Shown here piece by piece: positions 25,391 through 38,694 of a DNA stretch of 54,172 bases. The stretch is from NCBI RefSeq assembly GCF_001194135.2, contig NC_068991.1, forward strand, positions 4,947,504 through 5,001,675. The letters are read 5' to 3'. The stretch's first letter is position 1; the number at the start of each line of letters is the position of its first letter. Below the pieces are notes generated by a model that worked only from the letters and a program-made list of their open reading frames with translations, was not told where the DNA came from and did no database searches. The translations under genes were made by a program, and so were the position numbers. This DNA comes from Octopus bimaculoides. Lineage: Eukaryota.

Positions 25391-26274
25391 GTTGTATTCA
25401 ATATATAAATATCACAAATGTCATTTGTAGACTAACAGGAAGCGACATTGCACTAGAAATGTAGATTTTAAAATAAAAGATTCCAACTACTATATACATA
25501 CACATGTATTTATACACTTGTAGATATATTTATACATATAAGGACGTAAGTACATAGATATACATACATATATATCATCTATACATATACATGTGTATAT
25601 ATATATATATATATATATNNNNNNNNNNNNNNNNNNNNNNNNNNNNNNNNNNNNNNNNNNNNNNNNNNNNNNNNNNNNNNNNNNNNNNNNNNNNNNNNNN
25701 NNNNNNNNNNNNNNNNNNNNNNNNNNNNNNNNNNNNNNNNNNNNNNNNNNNNNNNNNNNNNNNNNNNNNNNNNNNNNNNNNNNNNNNNNNNNNNNNNNNN
25801 NNNNNNNNNNNNNNNNNNNNNNNNNNNNNNNNNNNNNNNNNNNNNNNNNNNNNNNNNNNNNNNNNNNNNNNNNNNNNNNNNNNNNNNNNNNNNNNNNNNN
25901 NNNNNNNNNNNNNNNNNNNNNNNNNNNNNNNNNNNNNNNNNNNNNNNNNNNNNNNNNNNNNNNNNNNNNNNNNNNNNNNNNNNNNNNNNNNNNNNNNNNN
26001 NNNNNNNNNNNNNNNNNNNNNNNNNNNNNNNNNNNNNNNNNNNNNNNNNNNNNNNNNNNNNNNNNNNNNNNNNNNNNNNNNNNNNNNNNNNNNNNNNNNN
26101 NNNNNNNNNNNNNNNNNNNNNNNNNNNNNNNNNNNNNNNNNNNNNNNNNNNNNNNNNNNNNNNNNNNNNNNNNNNNNNNNNNNNNNNNNNNNNNNNNNNN
26201 NNNNNNNNNNNNNNNNNNNNNNNNNNNNNNNNNNNNNNNNNNNNNNNNNNNNNNNNNNNNNNNNNNNNNNNNNN

Positions 26275-26299
<25 letters not shown>

Positions 26300-26316
<17 letters not shown>

Positions 26317-26510
26317 CGTGTGTCTGTGTTTATCGCCCACCATCGTTTGACAGCCGATGCTGGTGTGTTTCCGTCCCTTTAACTTAGCGGTTCGGCAAAA
26401 GAGACCGATAAAATAAGTACTAGGCTTAAGTCCTGGAGTCGATTTGCTCGACTAAAGGCGCTGCTGCAGCATGGCCACAGTCAAATGACTGAAACAAACG
26501 AAGAATAAAG
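26300..26510 (+). mobile_element. SINE family B 3' half after (TG)n and a gap
   Basis: GTTTGACAGCCGATGCTGGTGTGTTT...TTAGCGGTTCGGCAAAAGAGACCGATA...GTCGATTTGCTCGACTAAAGGCG...CAGCATGGCCACAGTCAAATGACTGAAAC. Confidence 0.92.
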
Positions 26511-26769
26511 ACGATACAGTGCTCGTAATTGATATAAACTTAGAGTAAGGTCAAGTACGAATGCTGGTGAGGGTGCAGTGCATATTGAAGGTGCGGCTGT
26601 ATTCTCTCTCTCCCAGTACAGGGTCGATGTTTCATTAGGCACTAAAGCAGCTCTGTCGGGATTTTAACCTTATCCATCGTGATACCAGTGCTACCCGTGG
26701 CAATCCACCAATGAAAGTAAGAAAACTACTGTCGTTCGCAATTTAGGTGCCCTTATCTATATTCTTCAG

Positions 26770-26824
26770 GTTATTTATGTCCTTAGGAGTGGAAGAGATA
26801 AAACTAGTATTGAACAGCGTCAAA
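26770..26824 (+). other. Candidate 55-nt internal exon, unconfirmed
   Basis: Acceptor CCTTATCTATATTCTTCAG| and donor AAA|GTAAGT; two of three frames open (VIYVLRSGRDKTSIEQRQ or LFMSLGVEEIKLVLNSVK); no recognisable homology. Confidence 0.25.
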
Positions 26825-26899
26825 GTAAGTCAGATTTAGTCGTGAAAGATAAACTAGTTATTGCACAATATCAGTCTGCGTAATAAGCCAAATGAGATT

Positions 26900-26993
26900 T
26901 TGTCATCACCATCATCAACATTATTATCGTCATCAACGTCGTCGTGTTCGTTGACATCGTTGCCTTAGTGGTTATCGTTATCATCACCGTCGG

Positions 26994-27024
<31 letters not shown>

Positions 27025-27200
27025 GTCGTCACCGTTGTGGCTGTCATCATCATAACCTTCACCATCATCATCGTCATCATCATTGTCCTTGTCAATGTCT
27101 TCGTCATCATCATCATCATCATCATCATCTTCATCATCATCTTCATCATCATCATCATCATCATCACCAACGCCATCACCATGGACCCCCCCCCCTACTT
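26900..27200. repeat. Degenerate (ATC)n/(GTC)n trinucleotide tract
   Basis: Directly visible; source of the poly-M/D/S/I ORFs. Confidence 0.93.
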
Positions 27201-27363
27201 CTACTACTATTACCTTTGATACTGTCATTACCATTAACACTAACTACAGCAACATCAATAAACAGAAGCTGATTTGGTAGTATTAACAGCACCATAAATA
27301 CTGGAGAAACAGCAACAGAGATGGCATCAGCGGCAGCAACAACAGCAGCAGATCCAGTACGAC

Positions 27364-27395
<32 letters not shown>

Positions 27396-28179
27396 AGACA
27401 AAGCCTCTACCACTTCTAATAGGGTTAGTTGTATCCCCCCACCCACCGCCTCGTGAATCAGTATGAACCATTTGACGAATTGTTCAAAGCAGCAACACAA
27501 CCACTACTACCACCGCCTACAACAACATCGCAAGCACCACCACAACCACAACCACAACAACAGCAACAACCATTTCTGCAGTGGCTGTCCGTCCACTCAT
27601 AAACCGGCTTCAGTTCTTTGTTGTTTTTTTTTTCACGATATTTTTTGTCACCCTCTTTGCTTTGCATCCATATTTCTTTTTTTTTTCAATATTTTTCCCC
27701 CTTTTTTCTCATTCTACTTTCGTTATTATTCATTTTGTTCTTTACATTAGTTCATGTGACATTGTATATTTTTGTCAGCAGTCACTAAGCCCAATAACGA
27801 TGGACCAAAGCAGACAATCTCGAAACTACGACGACTGCTGCTGCTTTTATTAGTAAACGGTTATATTTAGCCAATGCCTTTGTAGTCTTTGATTCATGAT
27901 TTTTGTGTGGCCGTAGAATATGACATGTAAAGTGGACTGCTTCTTTTCTTTTTTAGATGTGAGGGATTTGTGTTATTATTATTGTTGTTGTTTTCACTTT
28001 GCTAACATGTATGATGAATGGTCTAGCGTGGTTGGTAAATGTTCGCCGTATCAAATATCCGAAGAAAGGTTCGATACTCAGATATCATATACTTTATTAT
28101 TTCCGCATCAGTAACTTCAGCGAGGCCATGACCCCACCCCTCACTAATGTAAACTCTCAACATATTCTGGAAGAAGAAT

Positions 28180-28232
<53 letters not shown>

Positions 28233-28344
28233 ATCTTTACTGCGATTCTTTAATTTCTTCAATTTGCTTCCAATTGATTTCATATTTGGTGTATTTGTGT
28301 AGTTTATATGTTTATTACTGGCATGAAATTTATTTTCGCCATAA

Positions 28345-28499
28345 AACAGGATTATTCATTTTTTGCCAGCTGAGTGAACTGGAGCAATGTGAAATGAAGT
28401 GTTTTGCTCAAGAACACAACCCGTCGCCCGGTCCAGGAATCGAAATAACAGTCTTACGATCATGAGTCCAGCACTTTAATCAATAAGCCACGCGCCTCC
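28345..28499 (-). mobile_element. SINE family C (head plus core)
   Basis: TTTTTGCCAGCTGAGTGAACTGGAGCAATGTGAAATGAAGTGTTTTGCTCAAGAACACAAC...GGAATCGAAA...CGATCATGAGTCC...AAGCCACGCGCCTC. Confidence 0.92.
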
Positions 28500-29189
28500 A
28501 CTGTTTGTAATTGTCCTAGACAAGGCTTTGAACTGCATCCAGCAGTGGCTTCCAGCTTCAGGAGACCCTGTGCATTAAATTAAAAACAATCTAACCGTAC
28601 CTTACAAAACATTACAAAAATACTTTAGCCTGTCCATTGTTATGATAATCTATGTTACGATAATCTTTTCTTTTCTACTGCAGGCACAAGGCCCGAAATT
28701 TTAACTGGTATTAAGAATAAAAATGAAAGTCATTGCATTCATGCTCGTTGTTCACCTTCTATAAGGCGATTTATTTCCGGTTAACACTTTACAACTGATC
28801 AGCGTAAAGGGTGTTCACTGAAGATACAAACAAGAGCGTCAGTTCTTGTTAGATTCATTATGCCAGGAATGTTTCTAACTGACAAGTTGCAATGATGCTG
28901 AAACACGCGGTGCCACCAGGAATCTTTACGCTAATGAATCTATGAAGATTCATTAAGTTACTGGAAGACGTATACTTCGTAAAGGAGAAGTTGTTCTCCT
29001 GTGACGGAACGCAGCAGTGATTAGCTTATTCACGTTCGAAACCACATGAACGTATTCAGAACAAATATGAAAGTCATCATTAATTTTCTAGTCGGATGGA
29101 AAGATTTCGCAGTAAATTTCTGCTTGAAAAGACTGTTATCGTGCCACATTCGAAATCATTTTGTTTCTTATTCTTCAACTGCAATCAGA

Positions 29190-29310
29190 TTGCTAATACT
29201 TTTGAGAACAGCATGAACATTGCACCATCTTGATCTGCTTTCTCTGGCAAATTTTATGTTAACTCAGATAAAATCCGACATTCTTCTGTTAGCAGAAACG
29301 AGAAGTCTAT
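29190..29310 (+). mobile_element. Possible APE endonuclease start of an RTE-like LINE
   Basis: TF..RTA...LANFMLTQIKSDILLLAETR resembles TFNVRT...LA..M...DILxLxETR. Confidence 0.33.
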
Positions 29311-29787
29311 AAATTAAATGTCCTCTGTTATATGGTCTCAATTAAAGTCCTGAAAGTATAGAATACACTTCTATATCCTTTCAAGTCAATAAAATATAGG
29401 AATGTCTTCTGATGATTTACTTCGTCATTTTGTGCTAAAATTCAGTCCAGATAATGAAGAAAGTTGTCTGAAAGGTTAGATACTCTATCCTGTCACGACA
29501 GCGTAACATTTCCCGTTTTTGTATTTACTAACTTGGCTTCTGCTGACACAGGCCGCTACTAATCTCTGGGATTTGTAGTGATTATATCTCGTAACAGAAG
29601 GCTTACAGTATGGTTTGTTCTCTATTTTGAGATATCTACAATAGAAAGTTATATTTCCTCTTAAAATATGTTACAGACTTTTTCTCTATTCGACATTTTC
29701 GTCAACGTTGCATTTTACTTTACACTGATATGCATAACGTTAAGTGCACTTCTACAACCAAATTTATATTTTGCTTACAATTTCTGT

Positions 29788-29864
<77 letters not shown>

Positions 29865-30368
29865 NNNNNNNNNNNNNNNNNNNNNNNNNNNNNNNNNNNN
29901 NNNNNNNNNNNNNNNNNNNNNNNNNNNNNNNNNNNNNNNNNNNNNNNNNNNNNNNNNNNNNNNNNNNNNNNNNNNNNNNNNNNNNNNNNNNNNNNNNNNN
30001 NNNNNNNNNNNNNNNNNNNNNNNNNNNNNNNNNNNNNNNNNNNNNNNNNNNNNNNNNNNNNNNNNNNNNNNNNNNNNNNNNNNNNNNNNNNNNNNNNNNN
30101 NNNNNNNNNNNNNNNNNNNNNNNNNNNNNNNNNNNNNNNNNNNNNNNNNNNNNNNNNNNNNNNNNNNNNNNNNNNNNNNNNNNNNNNNNNNNNNNNNNNN
30201 NNNNNNNNNNNNNNNNNNNNNNNNNNNNNNNNNNNNNNNNNNNNNNNNNNNNNNNNNNNNNNNNNNNNNNNNNNNNNNNNNNNNNNNNNNNNNNNNNNNN
30301 NNNNNNNNNNNNNNNNNNNNNNNNNNNNNNNNNNNNNNNNNNNNNNNNNNNNNNNNNNNNNNNNNNNN

Positions 30369-30407
<39 letters not shown>

Positions 30408-31559
30408 TGAGAGAGAGATTGTTGAATTTCTGAATACACATTTTGCAATGTCTGTCATTTCATTGCATTATTATTTGTATTTTTACATTTTTTTTACCAT
30501 TTAGTTTACTGTTGAGTGCTAATCCCTTGCCGTATCACTATTTCTATCTGATGACGTCAGATATCTCTTTGTGTAATGTTTTGTTTGGTCTTCCAGTTTT
30601 CCACTTTTGAGAGCAATCGCTAGTTTCAAGTGATTCTACTTTCATTGAAAGTATATTCAATGCATTTTCGAAAAACGCAACATACGCTAGAAAATAAAAC
30701 CACCGACGTAAATATATTCGTCGGTTTTGAGTTCTAAATCTAATAATCTGTAGCGGCATTCGTTGAATATTTGGACAGAATACATAGTTTTATGGGTTTC
30801 TCTTTATATCAATGGACAGAAAACATAGAAGAAATTTCAGTAAACGAACAAATTGGATGCTAGTATCTCATTGACTTATTGTTCGTGTAAGATAAAATCA
30901 AGTCATATACGAAATAATGGGTCATGAAATGCCACATGAAGTCATATAAATAATATAAGAAATGATGGCTAATAGCTGTTCTCTCATAGATATCGGCATT
31001 TATATACACAATTTGTTTTTATATAAGGTTATATTTCATGCATTTAGTTTGTTTTCTGTTTCATTCGATGAACTTTAACTATGTTGTGTGACTCTACATC
31101 GTCGCTTGAACTGCTTCAAATATCAGCCAAATTTCTCTCAAATGACATTTCCAACAAGGGAGGATATATTGCGAGATATGGTCTTAGATGTAATATATCT
31201 GAATTACATACATAATATTTGAAATTAGGACTGGGTGATCAAAGCAGGAACGTCTTTGATAAGATTGTTCGAAGATGGTGGTACTATGCCTGAATCACAA
31301 CATTCGTCCTCAAAAGAAGAAAAGTTTCTATCGATTCTAGTATTAGATTGGTATTGATTTTATCGACTTTGGACGGAAGACAGAAACGTCGGCCAGGGTA
31401 AATGATAACGTAATGAAACCCACCGAAATAACAGATTGTAATATATTTATGCAAGTTATAACGAAAATAAACTACGTTGAAAGAAAGGAAAAAACTGTTA
31501 TTTGATGTTAAGTAATATACGGTCCATTTCACTATGACTACTATTATTTTTAAAAAGGT

Positions 31560-31940
31560 AGAGGTGGGGTATGGTACTTATTGCTTCATAGCCATATGGT
31601 TGCGGGTTTAGTTCTACTTCGTGGCACCTTGGGTAAGTGTCTTCTATTAATAGCCCTGGCATGATCAAAGCCGTGTGAGTGAATTTGGTAGACGGAAACT
31701 GAAAGAAGCCCGTCATCTGCCTTTGTGTGTGTGCCATTGTGTATGTGTTTGTCTACCACCACCGATTGACAACCGGTGTTGGTTTTTGGATGTCCCTGTA
31801 GCTTCGTGGGTCGGCAAAAATGAAGTCTTGAATAGGACCAGGCTTTGAAAATAATGCACTGGGATCGATTCGTTCAGTTAAAGACTTTCAAGGCGGTGCT
31901 CCAACATAGCCGCAGTCCAGTGACTGAGACAACTAAAAGT
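31560..31940 (+). mobile_element. SINE family B, near full length, short internal microsatellite
   Basis: CCATATGGTTGCGGGTTTAGTTC...GTGGCACCTTGGGTAAGTGTCTTCTA...GGTAGACGGAAACTGAAAGAAGCCCGTC...TTGACAACCGGTGTTGG...AAGGCGGTGCTCCAACATAGCCGCAGTC. Confidence 0.9.
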
Positions 31941-32100
31941 TACAAAAGAGGTAAAGAGAAATTGCACGCAAGAGTGGGTGTAGCCAGAGGTTGAGAGAAC
32001 GTACGAAAAGTCTGCCCGCTTGTATTTTCGTCTTGTCATCTTTACAATAAATGATGAAGCTGTATACACGGGGACCACAATCATCTGAAAAGTGCCGATC

Positions 32101-32285
32101 AAGCATTCTTAATACTTCCGTCAGTTTCGGCAATTTACGTAGCCACATCACTTCGACATACTATGGTCCCTGTTAGTGTATATGTTGTCATTCATGTGCT
32201 TTAAGAACAACATTAGAACGGTTTAGCTCTTATTTCTAGCAATGTAGGCGTTTCCTAACAGCCTAGTCACATTTAGTAGCAATTA

Positions 32286-32353
<68 letters not shown>

Positions 32354-32395
32354 CACACATACAGACACACACACACACACACACACGATTTTACT
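32101..32395 (+). mobile_element. Second copy of the 10391 repeat, with inverted hammerhead-like core and an internal microsatellite
   Basis: 32113-32151 is the reverse complement of the 10403-10446 core (TTGCCGAAACTGACG shared exactly); 32152-32285 is in direct orientation; a (TATC)(TA)(CA) tract sits at CAATTA|CGATTTT. Confidence 0.75.
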
Positions 32396-33136
32396 ATACA
32401 CTTCCTGTTGCTTTTTCTATATAACTGTAAGATAGTTAAATAACCTGTAAGAACTACATTCAAATGAAGGTCGCTGCAGCAGGTGCGTCGTATAATATAA
32501 TTAATAGCTTCGTTAAATAATTCTTAATATACGAGATGTAAACTTCATGTGTGGGAATGCTTTTATTTCCCTAAATTTGTGTTGTACTGGATAATTGAAT
32601 ACGTGTATATATTGCCTTGTTTAAAATACAATTATATCTAAGTAGGATATCTTCAATTTTTAGTTCGTAACAATAATATCTATAACAGTCTTTATTTACA
32701 TGACGCAAACACACTCGTTCACATACGTACACATACAGACGTATACATATACATACATACATACATATATATGTGTGAGTTAATATATATATATAAATAA
32801 ATACAGTGTACAGTTAAAAACATAAGAGGTATCAATCATAGGATTCCCTCACGCTAGAAAGAACAGCTAAGTTCCAAACCACTATTAGGGATAAAATTTC
32901 GAAAGGAATGAAAAATAAAAACATTTACCATGTAGCTCCTGAACCATTGCTAGGTGAAGTCTTCATCAACAGGTACACCACAGATTAAACATATATACAC
33001 GAGGCAATCCAGTATATGCCCCATGCTTATTCATTGTATTTATATGAATAATATATAGCCTATGGACTAAATTTTTACACGATAGGCCAGTGGTAGTAGA
33101 AATTTCTATTTTATTATCCTTCCATATTATTAACTA

Positions 33137-33300
33137 AAGCCTTTTGAGTGGATTTCCTAGACGGAAACTGAAAGAAGTCTGTTGTTATATATTGTTCTAA
33201 GTACTAGGCTTACAAAGAATAAGTCCTGGAGTCGATTTGCTCGACTAAAGGCGGTGCTCCAGCATGGCCTCAGTCAACTGACTGAAATAAATAAAAGAGT
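33137..33300 (+). mobile_element. SINE family B with internal deletion
   Basis: GACGGAAACTGAAAGAAG joined via about 20 nt to TAAGTACTAGGCTTACAAAGAATAAGTCCTGG...CAGCATGGCC; the microsatellite module is missing. Confidence 0.9.
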
Positions 33301-33306
33301 ATACAA

Positions 33307-33368
<62 letters not shown>

Positions 33369-33989
33369 CACTATTGTTACTATTCGTTTGTTGGCTTTGT
33401 CACCAGATATGTAAACTCGAGTTGACATGTTTTGTGTTGTTCATACGTATATTTGTTCGTGTTATTGAGGGTTAATTCTTTTATCTTATCTTATTTTTCT
33501 CTTGAAAAGAATTATGTGACAACTTGCTGTTTCGGACATTACCAGAATTATCCTGTCTCCGTAGTGCTAAACGGGTGAAGAATTATTTGCTGAAGTAAAT
33601 GAAATGCTTGTGGGAATTGAAAATATTTGTTAATACTTACATTAAAGAAAAATGAAACTAGTCACTCATTGTGTTGTAAACGGTAACATTGTAATTTTTC
33701 CAACTATCAACAGATATGTTGATTGAATTGTCTGTCGGTGTTATTGTGCCTCACACTTACGTTAATGCTTTCAGTACATTCAGAGGCCCATACGTCACAT
33801 CTTACAAACACACAAAGAAAACATACTGTTTGTCCCAGATACAAATTATTCATACATTATATATAGCCCATGGCTGCTCCCGACCTTACATTTTCTATAC
33901 GTCAAATAAAATGTTGTTGTCTCCGCATATGTAGTTTATACGCTTCCCCTTAATCATTGATCTCACCTGCAATAACTGTAGCAATATCT

Positions 33990-34320
33990 CCTGGTTACTG
34001 GAACTTAAAATCTCCCTTCAACATACCTTTCAATTTATATGAAGCTTCCACCGCCATCCAATTTCCTCCAAGGTCCATTAACCGTTTGAACAACACACAT
34101 CGGATACCGTTAACATACACATGAAATCTCCCCTATTTCAATTCACCGTCCTTTATGACTACGATAACTGCTACTCTTCTTGGCTCTCCCCTTCCGCCCC
34201 CAGTGGTGGTAATAAATTAGGAGTAGAACCTTGTGTCATCTTTAACTCTCTACACCAAATCATACTGTCTATTTGTGACCTTCTAACTCAGATAATCTCT
34301 TCCTCGCGCCATCCATACAT
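33990..34320 (-). mobile_element. Possible APE endonuclease relic
   Basis: IDSMIWCRELKM...GRGEPRRVAVIV...LKGDFK resembles D..CLQETK...GRGG..GVAVI...GDFN. Confidence 0.3.
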
Positions 34321-34335
34321 ACATACATACAAAGG

Positions 34336-34379
<44 letters not shown>

Positions 34380-34989
34380 AAGAAAGATAGATAGATAGAT
34401 TGAACAAATCCATAAGCAACGGTCATGGCACTTTCGTTATAGTATTTTCCCGGCACTACACCATTAATAAATACAAAATTATTTCAATACCGTTGGGTGC
34501 AATTTGAGGGAGACTTAGCTGCAATGTTTAACAGATCTAGTAATTTCTACCTGCAATTTCCGGCAGGGCAACTGCATATTAGTCCTATATTTCCTGGAGA
34601 GAGAAAAGGGGGGAAAAAGAAAGAAGAAGAGAGAGCGAGGCACAACATGACTTCAGGTCATCGAGACAAAATCCCTCATAATCATTTAGAGTTCAAATAT
34701 CTGAAGTATGTCCGAGTCAAGTGAACTTGAATTAGGTCTGATGTAAGTTAGATATTTTGAACGCCGGTCGGTTTTGTTAGTTAGCCACAGTAATATCATC
34801 CACCATGGAGAATGCGATTGGTGTGCGACAGATTTTGTTATTCCCTTGCAAGTAATTCCACCAGAAAAGCGAGATAGAGTTTGAAAAAAAAAAGGAAGCA
34901 GTACGATAAACCGTACGATTAAAGGATTTAAAATATATCTCATATAGATAAGATATTCGAATGGAATCGAAGGATATACAGAAAACAAT

Positions 34990-35783
34990 GAGGAATGATA
35001 AGCAGTTTTGTGGCACATTGATGGTTTATCAATCAAAATGATGAAAAGGGACATGAGATATAAAAGGTGACATTTAAAATAAAAGAGAAAGAAATGAAGT
35101 AAATTTAGAAAATTGAAAAAAAATAGGTGAGAATAGATCGTTTGACGAGACAAAAAATTGGTGGCGTGTCATTGAGATATAAATATGGGAATATAGAAAA
35201 TAGATTAGGTGAGAGGGACATGGTGGGGAAAGGTAGGGAGGTAGAAAAGAAGGAAGGAAAATGGAGAAACCAATGAAGGAAAAGAGAGAAGATAAAATGA
35301 GTTTTAAGGGGTGGGGGAAGAAAACGAAGGAAGGGAGAAAAGAATGGGGAAAGAGAGAAGGAATTTTGTTAAGTAAGGAAAAGCAACAAACGGAAACGGC
35401 TGTGAGGAAGAAATGTAGAGAGAAGGAAAGAAGAATGAAAAAAACCGAAAATCAATGTTGTGATGATAGAAAGAAAAGCGAAGAATTGGAGGGAAAATAA
35501 AGGTGTGTTCCAAAAGAAAGGGAAAACAGGGGAAGAAATGTTATTAAGGAAAATACAAGAATAAAAGAAATTTAGAAAATCCGTTAAGAATAAAGGCAAA
35601 GAGAGAAAGGGAGAGACAGAGAGAGTCAGAGAGAGAGTCAGACAAACAGACAGACAAACAGACAGAGAAATACAGAGAGACACAGACAGAAAGACAGACA
35701 GACAGAGAAATATAGAGACTAAGACAGAGAGAGAGAGAGGCAGACAGACAGACAGACACACAGACAGAGAAATAGAGTGAGAC

Positions 35784-35826
<43 letters not shown>

Positions 35827-35846
35827 CAGGCCGACAGACAGACAGT

Positions 35847-35882
<36 letters not shown>

Positions 35883-35970
35883 GAAATAAAGAGAGACTAA
35901 GGGAGACTAAGAGAGAGAGAGGAGCAGAATAAAAGAGAAGTCAGACAGAAACATCGACAGAGAAATCTAA
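34990..35970 (+). repeat. About 1 kb purine-rich low-complexity tract ending in (AGAC)n/(AG)n
   Basis: Strong A/G skew on the + strand; GACA/GAGA repeats from about 35600. Confidence 0.9.
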
Positions 35971-36276
35971 GTGAAAAAAAGGACGTTTGAGTTGTAAGGA
36001 GACACAGAAATGAACGCTAAACAAATATGTTTCCCCTCGTCCAATTTATACAATGGTCCGTCAAATAAGATAAATGTCAGAAGTCAAGTAGTTTAAACAC
36101 AGTCGTGAACCCTCTGTTTGATTATGAATACAGTTAAAAGGTATATTCCAAGATATACCTGTTCACACATACATAAATACAGACATGCAGCATTTCTTTT
36201 TTGTCACTCTACAGAGAAAGTAGTACTTTCGCCATGTTTGTTTGTCCACTTTCTACATTTACATATAACACATCAT

Positions 36277-36592
36277 GTGAGGGCGCGTGGCTTAGTGGTG
36301 AGGGCATTCGGCTCGCGATCGGAAGGTCGTGAGTTCAATTCCCGGCGACGCGTTGTGTCCTTGACCAAGACATTTTATTTCAGGTAGCTCCAGTCCACTC
36401 AGCTGGCAAAAATGAGTAGTACCTGTATTACAAAGGGCCAGCCGTGTCACACCCTATGCCACGCTGAATCTCCCTCAGAACTACTTTAAGTGTACACGTG
36501 TCTGGGGAGTGCTCAGCCAGTTGCACGTTAATTTCACGAGCAAGCTATTCCGTTGATCGGATCAGCTGGGACCCTCGTCTTCGTAACCGACG
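36277..36592 (+). mobile_element. SINE family C, full length, 11-bp TSD
   Basis: A-box-like TGGCTTAGTGG, B-box-like GAGTTCAATTCCC, central GTGTCCTTGACCAAGAC...CCAGTCCACTCAGCTGGCAAAAATGAGTA, tail to CGTAACCGACG; TAACACATCAT at 36266-36276 and 36593-36603. Confidence 0.95.
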
Positions 36593-36940
36593 TAACACAT
36601 CATACCACGATTCTGCGCCGACTGTGATCCACGCTGACAAACCTCTGATATTGAATAAAAACTTAAGTACTTGTAATATGGAAATTGATGGCCCCAGTTC
36701 CTTGTAACTATCAAATCTCATGAGTATATAAACAGAATTGCTACCCGCGGCGCTACGCTTTCGTCGAGGCTGTTGATATTTTCTTTTCTCAATCTACAGA
36801 AGAATGTTTCCAAGTCTGTCATGTTGATGTATACACACGCGTGCACGGGTGTGTGTGAGCGTGTGTGTGAATGTGCGCGTGTGCTGTATGTGAGTCAGTG
36901 AATTGTACGAATATTTAAAGCTTAGAAACTTTGACCTTAC

Positions 36941-36975
<35 letters not shown>

Positions 36976-37213
36976 NNNNNNNNNNNNNNNNNNNNNNNNN
37001 NNNNNNNNNNNNNNNNNNNNNNNNNNNNNNNNNNNNNNNNNNNNNNNNNNNNNNNNNNNNNNNNNNNNNNNNNNNNNNNNNNNNNNNNNNNNNNNNNNNN
37101 NNNNNNNNNNNNNNNNNNNNNNNNNNNNNNNNNNNNNNNNNNNNNNNNNNNNNNNNATATATATATATATATATGATAATGAAGGAAATTGTTGTATACA
37201 GTGCTCAGGTGCA

Positions 37214-37271
<58 letters not shown>

Positions 37272-37782
37272 GCGAATATATATGCGTGTGTGTGTGTGTG
37301 TGTGTGTATATACATATATGCATGCATATGTGTATTTATGTACTTATATATTTACATATAGAGAGACAGGCAGACCGACAGACACACAGACAGACAGACA
37401 GACAGAGATTGACATACATGAATATATATACATATATATATGCGTGTGTGTCTGTGTAAGTATATATATATATGATGCTTGTATATGCATAAAGTTATGT
37501 ACGTATGTTAGTGAATGATTATCGTTTCGTTTGGCAGCTTATTGTAATCGTTTTTTAGATCTCTGACTGTTGTTGTGATTGTGTGTCGATCTGTCTCTGT
37601 GTCTGTCTGTCTGATGTGGGACTTATTTACAACTGATGGTCTGTGGATGTGTAATTTTGAGGATGTGCGGTTGTTACAATGTTTTCGAATTTGCGCCGTT
37701 GTTTGGCAGTGTGTTAATGTGAACGTGTGGGAGTCAGGTTGTTTGTTTTAAGATTTGGTTGCGTGTGTCTCTGCTTGTGTGT

Positions 37783-37821
<39 letters not shown>

Positions 37822-38267
37822 TGTGTGTGTGTGTGTATGTTTTGTTCAGTGAGCGGTTGTCTGGATGATTAGTTCTATGTGTGATTGTTTAGCCGCGCCG
37901 TCGCGTTAATATGCAGATGTATGATCGTATAGTAATGTAAAGCTTTGCGCGTTTGATTGTGCAAAAATATGGGTGTGTTGGTGTGCGTTGAATAGAACAA
38001 TGTTGGTTTGTTAAACTGTTAATTTGCCAAGTTGTAGCTTCGTCATTCTGAATTAAGTTATGGGTGTCTGATTGAGAAGATAACGTGTGAGAAATCGAAC
38101 ACCTAATATTTGTTATCGGAAACGGGCGGAGGCGGTTGAAACGAAATTATAAACAGCAAAGATTTCCAGTTGTTATGTTTTGTTATCCACCAACAAGTGT
38201 GTGCTTGCAGGTCGTGTTGAGGGGTGGATCTAATCTAAATTAAATAAACATCTAGGCTAAGGTATGG

Positions 38268-38372
38268 CCGTGTGGTTAAGCAGTTCGGTTTGCAACCACG
38301 CGGTTTTTGGTTTCAGTCTACTGAGTGGTACCTTGGGTAAATTCTCTCATACTAAAGCCCCGAATTGATCAA
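38268..38372 (+). mobile_element. SINE family B head fragment
   Basis: GGTATGGCCGTGTGGTTAAG...AACCACGCGG...GGTTTCAGTC...GTGGTACCTTGGGTAA. Confidence 0.7.
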
Positions 38373-38509
38373 GCAGCATGCTTAAGTTCTTCATGCTGGA
38401 TGCTTACTCTCTCAAAAGTCTCGACCCCCTCCTTAGCCCGCTTCCTCCATCTGTGGCGATGACAGGCATTGTTCTCCCAGTCAGTCTCCTGCACATCACT
38501 GGCCCTTAA
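38373..38509 (-). mobile_element. RTE/BovB-type LINE C-terminal fragment
   Basis: Open frame LRASDVQETDWENNACHRHRWRKRAKEGVETFERVSIQHEELKHAA matches RTE W E..A.DR..WR....G...FE..R....E.KR. Confidence 0.75.
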
Positions 38510-38694
38510 TATATATTGGGTTGGAAACTTAGTTCTCACCGTTGTTTTCTTAATTTTAATTTTTTAAGTTTTAATAAAAAAAAATAGCAACTAACTAAAC
38601 AATAATGCATCCATCATTGTTTTTTACAACTTCTTCCCAGCGTTCAACAAGATTTTCAATAACTCGATGGCAGAAATCAGCCTTGTGATATAAA

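Noticed and set aside
30810-30940. piggyBac-like ISVNEQIG peptide
   Set aside because: The match is too short, the catalytic Asp is missing, and no TTAA-bounded TIR pair is present.
36277-36360. tRNA gene (also the heads at 8194 and 47925)
   Set aside because: A- and B-box-like motifs are present, but there is no complete cloverleaf and they continue into SINE bodies.
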